Origin: an uncultured bacterium
GTDB taxonomy: Bacteria > Verrucomicrobiota > Kiritimatiellia > RFP12 > CAIWXQ01
DNA: 64,000 nt
Assembly (NCBI GenBank): GCA_903861045.1
Contig: CAIOST010000353.1
Location: 4,097 to 68,096 of the forward strand
Direction of reading: 5' to 3'
Shown: positions 9,347 to 19,245 of the stretch, one piece after another
Layout of the letters: every line of letters starts with the position of its first letter
How positions within the stretch are numbered: position 1 is the stretch's first letter
Notes under the pieces: model-generated
Seen by the model: the letters and a program-made list of their open reading frames with translations, nothing else
The model's database searches: none
Told to the model about the DNA's origin: nothing
Translations under genes and position numbers: made by a program

Positions 9347-9957
9347 TTCGTGGTCGCCGGGGTCCCGGCGTCCTTCCCCTTGGCCGGTGCCGGCTTCGCG
9401 GAATTCTCCGTCGCCCTGGGTGCCGGCAGCACAGCAAACTGCTTTAGGATGGCCTCTGTGATATCGATGGTCTTATCGTTATACATCACCTGCCCGGCCG
9501 CCAGCACCAGCGGAATTTTCTTCTCCTCGGCATATTTGCCGATCAGTTCGCGCAACTCCGCGATCGTTTTTTTCTGCATGCGCGCCTGCATATCCGCCAG
9601 TTGATCCTGCCGCGACTGCATCTTCTCCTGCGCCGCGTTCTTTGCCATCATCAGGGTTTCACCTCCCCGGGCGACGCGCTCCTCCGCGCTCTTGCGCGCT
9701 TTTTCGCTCAAGGCCGGATCCTGAGCCTCTTTGCGAATTTTCTCAAACTCATCGCGCACCGTTTCCAGTTTCTGGCGCAGTTCATCATTCTCCGCACGGA
9801 AGTCTTTCACCGTCTGCTCCAGCAGTTTCTTGTCCGACGCGGTGTTCGGATGCAACCGGAACAGCTCTTCCATGTCCACCACCGCCACGCTCTGTGCGTG
9901 GGCGGCCATGACCGCGCACACGCCCACACTTGCCACCAGCATACCGATCTGTCTCAT
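9343..9957 (-). CDS. skp: OmpH/Skp-family periplasmic chaperone
   Basis: Signal peptide (MLVASVGVCAVMAAHA) and a Lys/Glu/Gln-rich coiled-coil body. Located between bamA and lpxD. 4-nt overlap with lpxD. Confidence 0.75.
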   Translation of the reverse strand: MRQIGMLVASVGVCAVMAAHAQSVAVVDMEELFRLHPNTASDKKLLEQTVKDFRAENDELRQKLETVRDEFEKIRKEAQDPALSEKARKSAEERVARGGETLMMAKNAAQEKMQSRQDQLADMQARMQKKTIAELRELIGKYAEEKKIPLVLAAGQVMYNDKTIDITEAILKQFAVLPAPRATENSAKPAPAKGKDAGTPATTK

Positions 9958-9999
9958 CTTTAACTCCTTGTACGTTCGTTTAGAACACCTGCTTCGTTA

Positions 10000-12384
10000 T
10001 TATTCAAACCCGATCCAGAAGACAAAGTTTTCCGTGCGGGTCAGCTCGCTATCCGTTTGTATCGGCACCGCATAATCCAACCGGATGGGGAATCCCGGAA
10101 TATCGATGCGCAGCCCGGTGCCATAGGTCACGCAGTAATCGCTGGCGAGATTGCCAATGTCATATTCATCCCGGTGAAGACTGCCGGCGTCGCTGAAGAA
10201 GGCGATCCGTACCGCCTCGAACAGCGGAATATTGTACTCGGCCGAGACCATACCCAGCGTGGCACCGCCGACGGGATGCTGCTCGCTGGGATTATTCACA
10301 TTATCCACAACTTTGGGGCCCGCGTCCCGATAGCGGATACCCCGGATGGTGCGTCCGCCGCCTAAAAAGAGGCGGTCATAGATGGGCACGGGCTCGCCGC
10401 TGTACGAACTGACCGTCTCCACGCGGCCGCGTACATTCAGCACATGATGCCACCACGGATTAAACCAGTGCTTATAATTGCCCCCCACGCGCACGACGTC
10501 GTTATCCCCCCCGAAGGTGGCACCGGAGAGCTCGCCAAAGAGGTCGGCCATGGTGCCGCGCGTGGGGACAAAGACCTGGTCGCGCGTGTCATACTCCCAC
10601 GAAGCCTGCACCGCACTGTTGAGCGCTGAATCAGGTTCGTCCGAAAACGCGTAGCGGTCATGTGGCGCATCAGCATACCGATACTCATTGGTGGCGAGGC
10701 TATCCAATGTGATCTGTTCCAGGGTGTATTTCAGCCCAAACGCACCAAAGGGTATGCCTGCCAGTTTGATGGGGTACTTGATGCCGACATCGCCACCCAA
10801 GTTCTGCTGGGTATATTCATCGTACTCCCGTGTGCGGTAGAACAGGTCCACGGTCAGCGCGACGGGCTTGTCGCGGAACCACGGCTCGGTCCACCCGAGT
10901 TCATAGGACTGATGATTCGACCCGATCTCCATGGAACCGCGGGCCTTCTGTCCGCCGCCGGTGAAGGTATCCCAGTTCATAATATCGAAGTTGCCCTGCT
11001 GCATTTGGACATACCCCACCAGACTGTCCACACTGGAGTAGCCGCCCCCGATCATGAAACTGCCGGTACGCGTCTCCTTCACATCAAAGATCAGATCCCG
11101 GAAGCCGGGCTCCTCGCCGGGCTGATTGAGCGGAATGGAGTGGCGAACCTGCTCCTTGTCAAAGATGTTCAAGTTTTTGATGCGCTTCTCATTCTGGTCA
11201 ATCTTGACCCCGTCCATGACATCGCCGGGGTTGAGCTGGATTTCACGGCGAATCACCTTATCCTTGGTGCGTTCATTGTGACGAATGATGATTTTGCGAA
11301 CCTTGACCAGGATCCCTTCCTGCACATCGAGCACGATCGTAGCCTTACTAGGCTCCGCGACGTCATGCGCCTTGATGCTGACGTGTACGGCGGTGTCAAT
11401 ATAACCGCGCGCGGTGTAATATTCGCGCACGGCCTTGGCGGCGGCATCAATCTCCTGCCGGGACGCCACGGCCCCGACCGGCAGCGTGCGAATAGCGGCG
11501 CGCACGTCACTTTCCGGGAAGAGTTTAATCCCGGTTAGCACCACCCCGGCCACGGTATAACGCACCCCCTCCTCCACGACAAAGAGCACCTTGGCGCGTT
11601 TGGGGTTCTCCGGCAACGGCACAAAGCGGGCATCGTTGATCTTTACATCCAGATAGCCGGCGTTACGATAGGACTCCGCCGCCTGTTGCTGGGCTTTAAC
11701 GAGTTGCTCCTGGCTATAGGGTGCCGTGGTGAACCACCCCCGCGGATTCCACCAGGCATAATCGCCGAACGTGGCTCGCAGATCCTTCTCCGCCAGGTTT
11801 TTGTTCCCCTCGAAGACATAGGCATCGGGCTTAAGGCGCGGCCCCTCGACCACCTTCACCTGCACCCGTACGAGGCCTTTGCGCTGCCCGGGTTCATTCA
11901 CGGGGGTCATGGTGGCGGCCACCTCGGTCTGCGGGAAATAGCGCTTCAAATATTCGCTACGGACTTTGTTACACTGCGTTTTCAGGATGGCGGGATCCAC
12001 GGGCGAACCCTCTGGCAAGGCCAGCCAGTCCTCCACCTTGCCGCGGCTGAAATAATCCAAGCCTGTGATGGCCAATTCCCCAAAGAGGGTTGGGCGACGC
12101 TCCACGGTATAGATGACACGCACGCCGTCGGGCATCGTCTCGATGGCCGTATTGGCGGCAGCAAACCGCTTGGTCGCCAGCAAGGCTGTGACATCCTTAT
12201 TCAGATTGGCCTGCGTAACCGTATCGCCGACCTTGGCGCGAATAATCGCGCGCACATCGCCGTCGTCCACGCCAAAGGCATCCAAAGACGTAACCTGGAT
12301 TTCGCGAATACTCTCCCCGGCCCCTTGCGCCAAGCCGGCCAGCAGCGTCACCAGCAACAAACCGCGCCATACACCTGCAAACAT
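10000..12384 (-). CDS. bamA: outer membrane protein assembly factor BamA
   Basis: 794 aa with a signal peptide, POTRA-like N-terminal repeats and a C-terminal Omp85 barrel (…GLRIDIPGFPIRLDYAVPI...FVFWIGFE). Classic neighbourhood with skp and lpxD. Confidence 0.9.
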   Translation of the reverse strand: MFAGVWRGLLLVTLLAGLAQGAGESIREIQVTSLDAFGVDDGDVRAIIRAKVGDTVTQANLNKDVTALLATKRFAAANTAIETMPDGVRVIYTVERRPTLFGELAITGLDYFSRGKVEDWLALPEGSPVDPAILKTQCNKVRSEYLKRYFPQTEVAATMTPVNEPGQRKGLVRVQVKVVEGPRLKPDAYVFEGNKNLAEKDLRATFGDYAWWNPRGWFTTAPYSQEQLVKAQQQAAESYRNAGYLDVKINDARFVPLPENPKRAKVLFVVEEGVRYTVAGVVLTGIKLFPESDVRAAIRTLPVGAVASRQEIDAAAKAVREYYTARGYIDTAVHVSIKAHDVAEPSKATIVLDVQEGILVKVRKIIIRHNERTKDKVIRREIQLNPGDVMDGVKIDQNEKRIKNLNIFDKEQVRHSIPLNQPGEEPGFRDLIFDVKETRTGSFMIGGGYSSVDSLVGYVQMQQGNFDIMNWDTFTGGGQKARGSMEIGSNHQSYELGWTEPWFRDKPVALTVDLFYRTREYDEYTQQNLGGDVGIKYPIKLAGIPFGAFGLKYTLEQITLDSLATNEYRYADAPHDRYAFSDEPDSALNSAVQASWEYDTRDQVFVPTRGTMADLFGELSGATFGGDNDVVRVGGNYKHWFNPWWHHVLNVRGRVETVSSYSGEPVPIYDRLFLGGGRTIRGIRYRDAGPKVVDNVNNPSEQHPVGGATLGMVSAEYNIPLFEAVRIAFFSDAGSLHRDEYDIGNLASDYCVTYGTGLRIDIPGFPIRLDYAVPIQTDSELTRTENFVFWIGFE

Positions 12385-12397
12385 TGGACTCTCCTGC

Positions 12398-13879
12398 TTA
12401 CATCACCGCATCCACTCCGACATCGGCGCCATCGACCGGCACGTAATCGGCGTTCCCCACCCCGTCATCCGCCCGATCACCAAACCGGGTCAGCGAATCA
12501 TTGAAGTTCAAGCGCACTTCCCCCGTAGGTCCATTGCGATGTTTGGCCACATCCACAATCGCCAGGGTTTTATCATCGTACTCCGGATCCCCTTGATTGC
12601 GGCACGGGCGGCGCAACAGCAGCACCACGTCGGCGTCTTGTTCGATGGCGCCGGAATCGCGCAAATCCGAGAGTTTAGGTTTGGCGCTCTTGTCACCGCG
12701 CTGTTCGGGTGCCCGGCTCAACTGACTCAGGACGACCACCGGAACTTTCAATTCCTTGGCCATGGCCTTGAGATTGGCGGACACCGCGGAGGTCTCGAGC
12801 TGCCGGCCCTGGCGCGCCACCTCGCGGCAGTTCGCCAGCTGCAGATAGTCCACGATGATCAGTTCAATCTGATGTTTCTTCTTCAGGCGCCGAGCGCGGG
12901 CGCGCATCTCCATGACATCGAGGCCACCGGTATCGTCGACATAAATCGGTGCCTTGCAGAGCTCGGACGCGGCGCGCGTCAACTGCTGCGTAATTTTTTG
13001 TGAATTGCCGATGCCACTATCGATTTGGAAGGCGGGCACCCCAGCCATGCCGCATAGCATACGCAACGCCAGCGCATCGGAAGACATTTCCAAGCTGAAA
13101 ATCGCCACCGGATGCGGCCGGGCGTAATCGCCCTTGAAGCGCTGTCCGACCATATCCCGCCCAATGGCCACGCATTCGGCAAAATTCATAGCCAGCGAGG
13201 TTTTACCCATGGAGGGACGGGCCGCCAACACGATGAGCTCGCCGGCGCGTAGGCCACGCAACTTTTTATCCAGATTCCGCAGTCCCGTGGGTACCCCCGC
13301 CACGCCACCGGGCCCCAGCTGGAATAGTCGCTCCACATGCTGCATCGTGCTGTTGATGACCAGCGGCCATGATGTCAGCTGTCCATGCTGACGCTCTGTG
13401 ATATCCAGAAAGGCCTGTTCGGTCTGGCCGAGGATGAGGTCCGCCGACTGGTTACTCTCGAAACAGGTGCGCTCGGTCTCCCGGGCGCAGGCAATGACCG
13501 CGCGCAGCAGATATTTTTGACGGACAATATCAATGTAGTATTCAGCATGGGCGGCGGTCGGGGTCGCATCTATCAGCGACTCCAGAAACGCTGTCCCGCC
13601 GATGGAATCCAACCTTGCCGCGCTGCGCAGGCGCTCGACCGTGGTCAGCAGATCAATCGCCACGCCTGCGCGTTGCATGGCGATCAACTCATCGAACAAA
13701 CGCCGATGGGGCTCAAAATAGAAGGAATCCGCGACCAACCCTTCGGCCACACACAGGTCCATGACCCGGCCGGAATCAAGCAGGATGGATCCCAGCACGC
13801 CTTTCTCGGCCTCGGCGCTGTGCGGTGGAATGCGCCCGGAGGGCGCCCCCACGCCATCGGCCGTGGCTGGCTGCGGCAT
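12398..13879 (-). CDS. dnaB: replicative DNA helicase
   Basis: PPHSAEAEKGVLGSILLD N-terminal motif, Walker A AARPSMGKTS, and a RecA-like C-domain with SQLSRAPE. Follows rplI, as in many bacteria. Confidence 0.9.
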   Translation of the reverse strand: MPQPATADGVGAPSGRIPPHSAEAEKGVLGSILLDSGRVMDLCVAEGLVADSFYFEPHRRLFDELIAMQRAGVAIDLLTTVERLRSAARLDSIGGTAFLESLIDATPTAAHAEYYIDIVRQKYLLRAVIACARETERTCFESNQSADLILGQTEQAFLDITERQHGQLTSWPLVINSTMQHVERLFQLGPGGVAGVPTGLRNLDKKLRGLRAGELIVLAARPSMGKTSLAMNFAECVAIGRDMVGQRFKGDYARPHPVAIFSLEMSSDALALRMLCGMAGVPAFQIDSGIGNSQKITQQLTRAASELCKAPIYVDDTGGLDVMEMRARARRLKKKHQIELIIVDYLQLANCREVARQGRQLETSAVSANLKAMAKELKVPVVVLSQLSRAPEQRGDKSAKPKLSDLRDSGAIEQDADVVLLLRRPCRNQGDPEYDDKTLAIVDVAKHRNGPTGEVRLNFNDSLTRFGDRADDGVGNADYVPVDGADVGVDAVM

Positions 13880-13884
13880 AGGAG

Positions 13885-14334
13885 CTATTCCTTAACGATC
13901 ATTACCTTGATCGAAATGGCCACGTCCGGATGCAACCGCACCGGCACATCAAACGCGCCGATTTGCTTCAGGTGCTCGGCCAGTTCGACCTGCGAGCGGT
14001 CCAGAGCCACGCCCTGTGCCGTCAACGCCGCCACGATCTCCACGGTCGACACCGAGCCATACAACCGTTCGCCATCCACGGTCTTGGCGCGAATGGTAAC
14101 CGTCATGCCATCCATCTTGGCAGCCTTGGCCTGCGCCTCCGCCAACTGGATTTTGGCAAGCGCCGTGCGCTCTTTGCGCAGTTTATCCAACCGGCGCAGG
14201 GACGCCGGCGTTACCGCCGCCGCCATTTCCTGCGGCAGCAAATAATTGCGCGCATAGCCATCCGCCACTTTCACGACTTCGCCGGCCTTGCCCAACTCGG
14301 GCACGTCAGCCATCAAAAGCACTTCCTTCGCCAT
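13885..14334 (-). CDS. rplI: 50S ribosomal protein L9
   Basis: KVADGYARNYLLPQ motif. Start set at MAKEVLL (nt 14334), which gives about 149 aa. rpsF-ssb-rpsR-rplI order. Confidence 0.9.
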   Translation of the reverse strand: MAKEVLLMADVPELGKAGEVVKVADGYARNYLLPQEMAAAVTPASLRRLDKLRKERTALAKIQLAEAQAKAAKMDGMTVTIRAKTVDGERLYGSVSTVEIVAALTAQGVALDRSQVELAEHLKQIGAFDVPVRLHPDVAISIKVMIVKE

Positions 14335-14405
14335 GATATCCGTCCTTTTCTCGCAGGCACGGGGCCGGTCCTCCGCGGAGGGAGCGTCCACCGACCCGCA
14401 GCCTG

Positions 14406-14657
14406 CTACGCCAGCAATCCCATATTGCGCGCACGGCGCACGCCCCGCTTGACATCCCGCTGCTGCGCGGACGTTACGCCCGTCAGTCGCGACGGAATGA
14501 TCTTGCCGTATTCAGTTACAAACCGACGCAGAAAATCCACATCGTTACGATCGACCACTGCATTCGGATCGAGGTAGCGCGTACGCCGGCGCGGTCCTGC
14601 GTTATCCGATTTTTCCTTGTCACGATCCCTGTCCCGCTCTCGCCTCATCATTGCCAT
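14406..14657 (-). CDS. rpsR: 30S ribosomal protein S18
   Basis: Core FLRRFVTEYGKIIPSRLTGVTSAQQRDVKRGVRRARNMGLL, with an Arg/Asp-rich N-terminal extension. Confidence 0.9.
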   Translation of the reverse strand: MAMMRRERDRDRDKEKSDNAGPRRRTRYLDPNAVVDRNDVDFLRRFVTEYGKIIPSRLTGVTSAQQRDVKRGVRRARNMGLLA

Positions 14658-14696
14658 GTTGTTTTCCCGTTATCGCTTGTACACCTACATCACCTG

Positions 14697-15179
14697 TTAA
14701 AACGGCAGATCATCCGTATCAGCCGGTTCGGCCGGCGCGGGCTCCAACCCCGCCGCCAGGGCCGGTGGTGGCGGCAAGCCGCCCGCCGTCACCGCCGCCC
14801 GTGGCGCTGCCGCCGACGGCGCGCCCTCCTGAGCCTCGCCACGCTTGGGCGTACCCAGAAACTTCACCGTGTCGGCGCGCACCCGCAGCTTGTTGCGCGC
14901 CTCGCCTTGCGGTGTTTTCCATTCATCATACGTCAGGCGACCTTCCACCAATACGGGACGTCCCTTGGCCAGGTACTGCTGACAGAGCTCTGCCAGCTTG
15001 TTCCATACGACCACGTCCACGTAACAGGTGATCTCCTTGGGCTGATTGGTCTGCCGATCCCGATAGGTCTCGGAGATGGCCAGACGCAACTCCGCCACCT
15101 GCGCGCCCGACGGCGTTTGACGCATTTCGGGATCGCGGGTGAGGTTGCCCATCAGCACCACGCGGTTAAAGGATGCCAT
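14697..15179 (-). CDS. ssb: single-stranded DNA-binding protein (housekeeping copy)
   Basis: OB-fold N-terminus NRVVLMGNLTRDPE, a Gly/Pro/Ala linker and the canonical acidic tip DTDDLPF. Lies between rpsF and rpsR. Confidence 0.9.
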   Translation of the reverse strand: MASFNRVVLMGNLTRDPEMRQTPSGAQVAELRLAISETYRDRQTNQPKEITCYVDVVVWNKLAELCQQYLAKGRPVLVEGRLTYDEWKTPQGEARNKLRVRADTVKFLGTPKRGEAQEGAPSAAAPRAAVTAGGLPPPPALAAGLEPAPAEPADTDDLPF

Positions 15180-15244
15180 AGCTGGATACCTTCCCGCCCG
15201 TTAGGTACTCGATGTACCACGGGCCAGTCCGAGACTGCCACGGC

Positions 15245-15628
15245 TCACGCCTCGGCGGACACCACCTCGGCACGCGCCGCCACCGCTGCTTCGCGGAGCT
15301 TCCGCTTGGCGGCCTGCTCGGCAATGACCGCTTCCCGGCGCTCATCGACCATCAGGATCTGCACACGGAAGAGGTCCTCCATCAAATGGTAACGCTCGCG
15401 CAACGTAGCCAGGTTCGCGGCATCCAGTTCAAAGCGGATCCGCACATAGGTGCCATGATCCCGCTTCTGCATGGTGCGCGCGAAAGACCGCTTCCCCAAC
15501 ACTTCCGTGTTGAGAATCGCACCGGACAAGCGCGTGATCTCATTACGCATCTTCTCCACAGTCTTATCAAGCATTTCATCCTTTGCCGCGCCGACAAAGA
15601 TATACAAACCGTCATACTTTCTCGCCAT
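15245..15628 (-). CDS. rpsF: 30S ribosomal protein S6
   Basis: MARKYDGLYIFV...LGKRSFARTMQKRDHGTYVRIRFE is typical of bS6. First gene of the rpsF-ssb-rpsR-rplI block. Confidence 0.9.
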   Translation of the reverse strand: MARKYDGLYIFVGAAKDEMLDKTVEKMRNEITRLSGAILNTEVLGKRSFARTMQKRDHGTYVRIRFELDAANLATLRERYHLMEDLFRVQILMVDERREAVIAEQAAKRKLREAAVAARAEVVSAEA

Positions 15629-15641
15629 GAGTCCACCAACC

Positions 15642-16244
15642 TTAATTCCCGGTTACGGGTTCGGCAGAGTCAACCTGCCAGCCGTTGAACCGGTTCATTG
15701 CTTCAGCTAAACCATTCTCCACCAAACATTGCACGGCATCTGCGGCAGCTGCGACCATCTGCCGCACCACCACTTGCTGTGCCGGGGCAAACCGGCCCAG
15801 CACATGCTCCACCAACCCGCCCTCGGCCGTCCGCGTGCGTCCGACGCCCAGCCGCACGCGCGCAAACGACTCCGTACCCAGCGACTCGATCACCGAGGCC
15901 AATCCGCGATGGCCGCCGCTCCCACCACCGGGACGAATGCGCAATCTTCCCAGCGGCAAATCCGCATCGTCTAGCACTACGACCAAATCGGCCGCTGCGC
16001 CGCCGTGATAGCGCAACAGCGGCACCACGCATATACCGCTGCGATTCATGAAGGTCTGTGGCTGAACCAACATCCACGTTTCGCCCGCGCCAAGCGCCCG
16101 GGCGACCCGTGCCTGAAACCCCGTACTGCGACGCCAATCTGTTGCCAACCTTTTGGCTAACAGTGCCACCACGTCGAAACCGACATTGTGGGGCGTCTCC
16201 TCGTACTCGGCTCCTGGATTGCCTAGTCCCGCAATAACCTTCAA
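15642..16244 (-). CDS. pth: peptidyl-tRNA hydrolase
   Basis: N-terminal VIAGLGNPGAEYEETPHNVGF signature. About 200 aa. Downstream of ctc, as in many bacteria. Confidence 0.9.
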   Translation of the reverse strand: MKVIAGLGNPGAEYEETPHNVGFDVVALLAKRLATDWRRSTGFQARVARALGAGETWMLVQPQTFMNRSGICVVPLLRYHGGAAADLVVVLDDADLPLGRLRIRPGGGSGGHRGLASVIESLGTESFARVRLGVGRTRTAEGGLVEHVLGRFAPAQQVVVRQMVAAAADAVQCLVENGLAEAMNRFNGWQVDSAEPVTGN

Positions 16245-16264
16245 GTACCGCCTCGAGATCGATC

Positions 16265-17017
16265 CTACTTCTTCTTGTCGCCACCGGCGGCCTTCTTGTC
16301 GCCACCCGGCGCCGCCTTCTTGTCACCGCCCGCCTTCTTGTCACCGGCCGCTGCTTCGCCGGCCTCCCCTTCTTCCTTCTTGCCCTTGATAATGACTTCG
16401 GGACCAGCCACTGCCGCGGCGCCCGTGGCCGGTGTCGCGCCAGCGGCGACCTCTTCCTCGGCCATGGCGACAATCGTGGCCACAGACACATCCCCATGGG
16501 AAAGCAAGGTGTACTGGTCGCCCAAATTCAACTCGCTTACCGCCAGCGACTGGCCAAGCTTCAGTGCGCTGACATCCACCGCAAAGAACTCGACCATATC
16601 TGCCGGCAGGCATTCCACGTCGACCTGACGCAGCGTCTGCTCCAGAATACCACCCTCGTTCTTGACGCCGTCCGGTTCGCCGACCAGACGCAGGCCAATG
16701 GACACGCGCAGCTTGCGCGTCAGCGAAATTTCGCCGAAGTCCGCATGAATCGTATGCCCGCTCAACACATCGGACTGCACCTCGCGCAGCAAGGCCGGCA
16801 CATTCTGGCCGTCGAGTTCCAGTGTGATCAGCAACTGCTTGCTACTGTGATGACGCAGCATGTTTTCAAAATCATGCGCATTCACCTGCATCATCGTGGA
16901 ACCGCCGGCAATCCGATTGATCACCGCGGGCACAACCCCTTGGCGCCGCAGACGGCGTACCGCTCCCGAACCCTGCTCCCGGCGTAGCTCGGCCTTGATC
17001 TTGATCTCTTTCGCCAT
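16265..17017 (-). CDS. rplY: 50S ribosomal protein L25 / general stress protein Ctc, with a Lys-rich repeat tail
   Basis: RREQGSGAVRRLRRQGVVPAVI N-terminal motif and the two-domain Ctc form. The C-terminal tail is GDKKAGGDKKAAPGGDKKAAGGDKKK. Confidence 0.85.
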   Translation of the reverse strand: MAKEIKIKAELRREQGSGAVRRLRRQGVVPAVINRIAGGSTMMQVNAHDFENMLRHHSSKQLLITLELDGQNVPALLREVQSDVLSGHTIHADFGEISLTRKLRVSIGLRLVGEPDGVKNEGGILEQTLRQVDVECLPADMVEFFAVDVSALKLGQSLAVSELNLGDQYTLLSHGDVSVATIVAMAEEEVAAGATPATGAAAVAGPEVIIKGKKEEGEAGEAAAGDKKAGGDKKAAPGGDKKAAGGDKKK

Positions 17018-17050
17018 GATGTCTTCCTCTTTCCACTGCGCTCCGCCGCA

Positions 17051-17986
17051 TTATGCGAGCCGGAAGAGCGAACTAACCGACTTGTCATTGTGAATACGCA
17101 GAATCGCCTCGCCCAGCAGTTCCGCCACCGAAAGCACCGTAACCGGAAACCCCTGCGCATCGATCGGCGGCACCGTATCGGTTACCACCAATTCCGTAAT
17201 GGGCGACGCCTTCAGGCGCTGCAGCCCCTGATCCGTCAACAGTCCGTGCGACACGACTCCGCGCACGCTCGCCGCGCCATGCTGCATAAGAATCCGCGCC
17301 GCCGCGCACAACGTGCCGCAGGTGGTCGTCAAATCGTCCACCATCAGCACGTCGCACCCGGACACACTGCCGACGATGTTGTACGCATCCACCTCCGTCG
17401 GCCCCAAACGTTCCTTGGCCACAATCGCAAGACCCGTGCCCAGCATCTGTGAATAGGCATACGCCGCCTTCACACCGCCTGTGTCCGGCGAAACCACCAG
17501 TGGTTTCTTGAGTTGCAGATCCCGCACATACTTGACCATCACCGGTGCCGCATATAAGTGATCCACAGGGATGTCGAAGAAACCCTGGATCTGTTGCGCA
17601 TGCAAATCCATGGTCAGCACCCGGTTGGCACCAGCCGCCACCAGCAGATTGGCCACCAACTTCGCCGTGATCGGCACGCGCGGCTGATCCTTGCGGTCCT
17701 GGCGCGCATACCCGAAATAGGGGAGCACGGCGGTAATGCGGGCCGCTGAAGCGCGCCGCATGGCATCCACCATGATCAACAACTCCATCAACATCTCGTT
17801 CGGTTGCCGACAAGTGGACTGCACGAGAAACACATCGCCGCCACGGATGTTGTCACGAATCTTGACGAAGGTCTCGCCATCCGGAAACCGCTGGATATCC
17901 AGTTCGCCCAAGGCAATACCCAGATACGCGGCGATCTTACCGGCCAACACGGGGTTGGAGGAACCGGCGAACACCTGCATCTTCAT
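17051..17986 (-). CDS. prs: ribose-phosphate pyrophosphokinase
   Basis: DLHAQQIQGFFDIPVDHL and the PRPP loop DVLMVDDLTTTCGTL. Start set at MKMQVFAGSS (17986), because the ORF-track start (18052) would overlap tRNA-Gln. Confidence 0.9.
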   Translation of the reverse strand: MKMQVFAGSSNPVLAGKIAAYLGIALGELDIQRFPDGETFVKIRDNIRGGDVFLVQSTCRQPNEMLMELLIMVDAMRRASAARITAVLPYFGYARQDRKDQPRVPITAKLVANLLVAAGANRVLTMDLHAQQIQGFFDIPVDHLYAAPVMVKYVRDLQLKKPLVVSPDTGGVKAAYAYSQMLGTGLAIVAKERLGPTEVDAYNIVGSVSGCDVLMVDDLTTTCGTLCAAARILMQHGAASVRGVVSHGLLTDQGLQRLKASPITELVVTDTVPPIDAQGFPVTVLSVAELLGEAILRIHNDKSVSSLFRLA

Positions 17987-17990
17987 GTTT

Positions 17991-19007
17991 TCATAAACCG
18001 CCACAAAACCGCTCCTGTGTACCATGCTGTCCGTCAAGTGGTTGCCCGACATGGATTCGAACCATGGCTCTGGGCTCCAAAGGCCCGTGTGCTACCATTA
18101 CACCATCGGGCAGCGTCCTTATCAGCATACTCCAGACGCCGGCGCCCAATTTCCGGCGCACATCTTCTCCGTGGGCCTCATCTCGCACCAACGCAAACAC
18201 AGAAGCCCCACTACCGGACATCAACACGCCCAGGCCGCCAGCGTCTCGCAGACGTTCGGCCAACCGGGCTGTTTCCAAGTATGTCGCAAACACACCCGGT
18301 TCCAATCCGTTAAACAGGGCCGCCGCGGCGCCGAGAACATTGCCATTGCGGACCGAAGAAACGATATTATTAAAACTATTCGGGCTTTCCGTCAAGCCTC
18401 CAATGCAAGAACATAGCTGATAAGCATGTTTGGTCGGGACACAAATGCCCGGATTGGCTAGCACGAGCCAGAAACCGGGCACCGGGCGGGGCACCCCTGC
18501 CAGGATCGTCTGCACCCGCTCGCCACGCCCTTCCATGCACACAGCCCCGCCATGCAGCATCGCCGGGAGGTCACTCCCCAGCTCCGCGCCCAAAGCCTGC
18601 AGCGTGGCGGCAGACAACCCCAACGCACATAACCGGTTGAGCCCCCATAACACGGCCGCACCATCGGCACTGCCCCCGCCCAAGCCGCCGCCAATCGGAA
18701 TTTTTTTATGGATGTGGATCTGAATGCCAGCTGGGGCCCCATGCCGCGCTTGCAGCAACCGCGCCGCACGGTAGGCTAGATTCTCTTCGCTGGGCCCTAG
18801 GCGCGACAAATCAAAGCCCGGCTCCGCTTCCACGAGCACCGTGAGGTCCGTGCCAGCCACCGCCAACGAAATCTCGTCCGCCAAAGAAACCGGCACCATC
18901 ACGCTACGCAAATCGTGAAAGCCATCCGCACGCTTGCGCAAAACCTCCAGCGAGAGATTTATCTTGGCATGCGTCGCGATCCGAAGTGCCCGTTCAGCCG
19001 AAAACAT
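17991..19007 (-). CDS. ispE: 4-diphosphocytidyl-2-C-methyl-D-erythritol kinase (3' end uncertain: the frame reads through tRNA-Gln)
   Basis: AKINLSLEVLRKRADGFHDL and the GHMP-kinase motif PIGGGLGGGSADGAA. The family-like sequence ends near ...GAGVWSMLIRT (about nt 18115), but the first in-frame stop is at 17991, beyond the tRNA. Confidence 0.8.
   Translation of the reverse strand: MFSAERALRIATHAKINLSLEVLRKRADGFHDLRSVMVPVSLADEISLAVAGTDLTVLVEAEPGFDLSRLGPSEENLAYRAARLLQARHGAPAGIQIHIHKKIPIGGGLGGGSADGAAVLWGLNRLCALGLSAATLQALGAELGSDLPAMLHGGAVCMEGRGERVQTILAGVPRPVPGFWLVLANPGICVPTKHAYQLCSCIGGLTESPNSFNNIVSSVRNGNVLGAAAALFNGLEPGVFATYLETARLAERLRDAGGLGVLMSGSGASVFALVRDEAHGEDVRRKLGAGVWSMLIRTLPDGVMVAHGPLEPRAMVRIHVGQPLDGQHGTQERFCGGL
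18039..18112 (-). tRNA. tRNA-Gln (anticodon UUG)
   Basis: The reverse complement is TGCCCGA...TCGGGCA-A-CCA (U1:A72 pair, as in many tRNA-Gln). It has anticodon loop CTTTGGA (TTG) and a GGTTCGAATCC T-arm; 74 nt. Confidence 0.85.
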
Positions 19008-19245
19008 GCGCGGCGATATAACATAATACTGCTACCGCGGTCAAGCAAGCATGTTAGCAACCGCGCAGGCAGCAGTTTGGAAGATGGGCCGAGACGCATG
19101 CGGGGAGCCCCCCCTTCGCCTATTTTCGCGCGCCACGTCAGCTTTGCCCGTTATCCCTAGGCAGGGCCTGTGTTGCGCCAGCCTGCGTGAGGAAGGTCAA
19201 CCATCCGGATCGGATGGTTGCCAGATGCGGGAACCGTGCCAGAAC

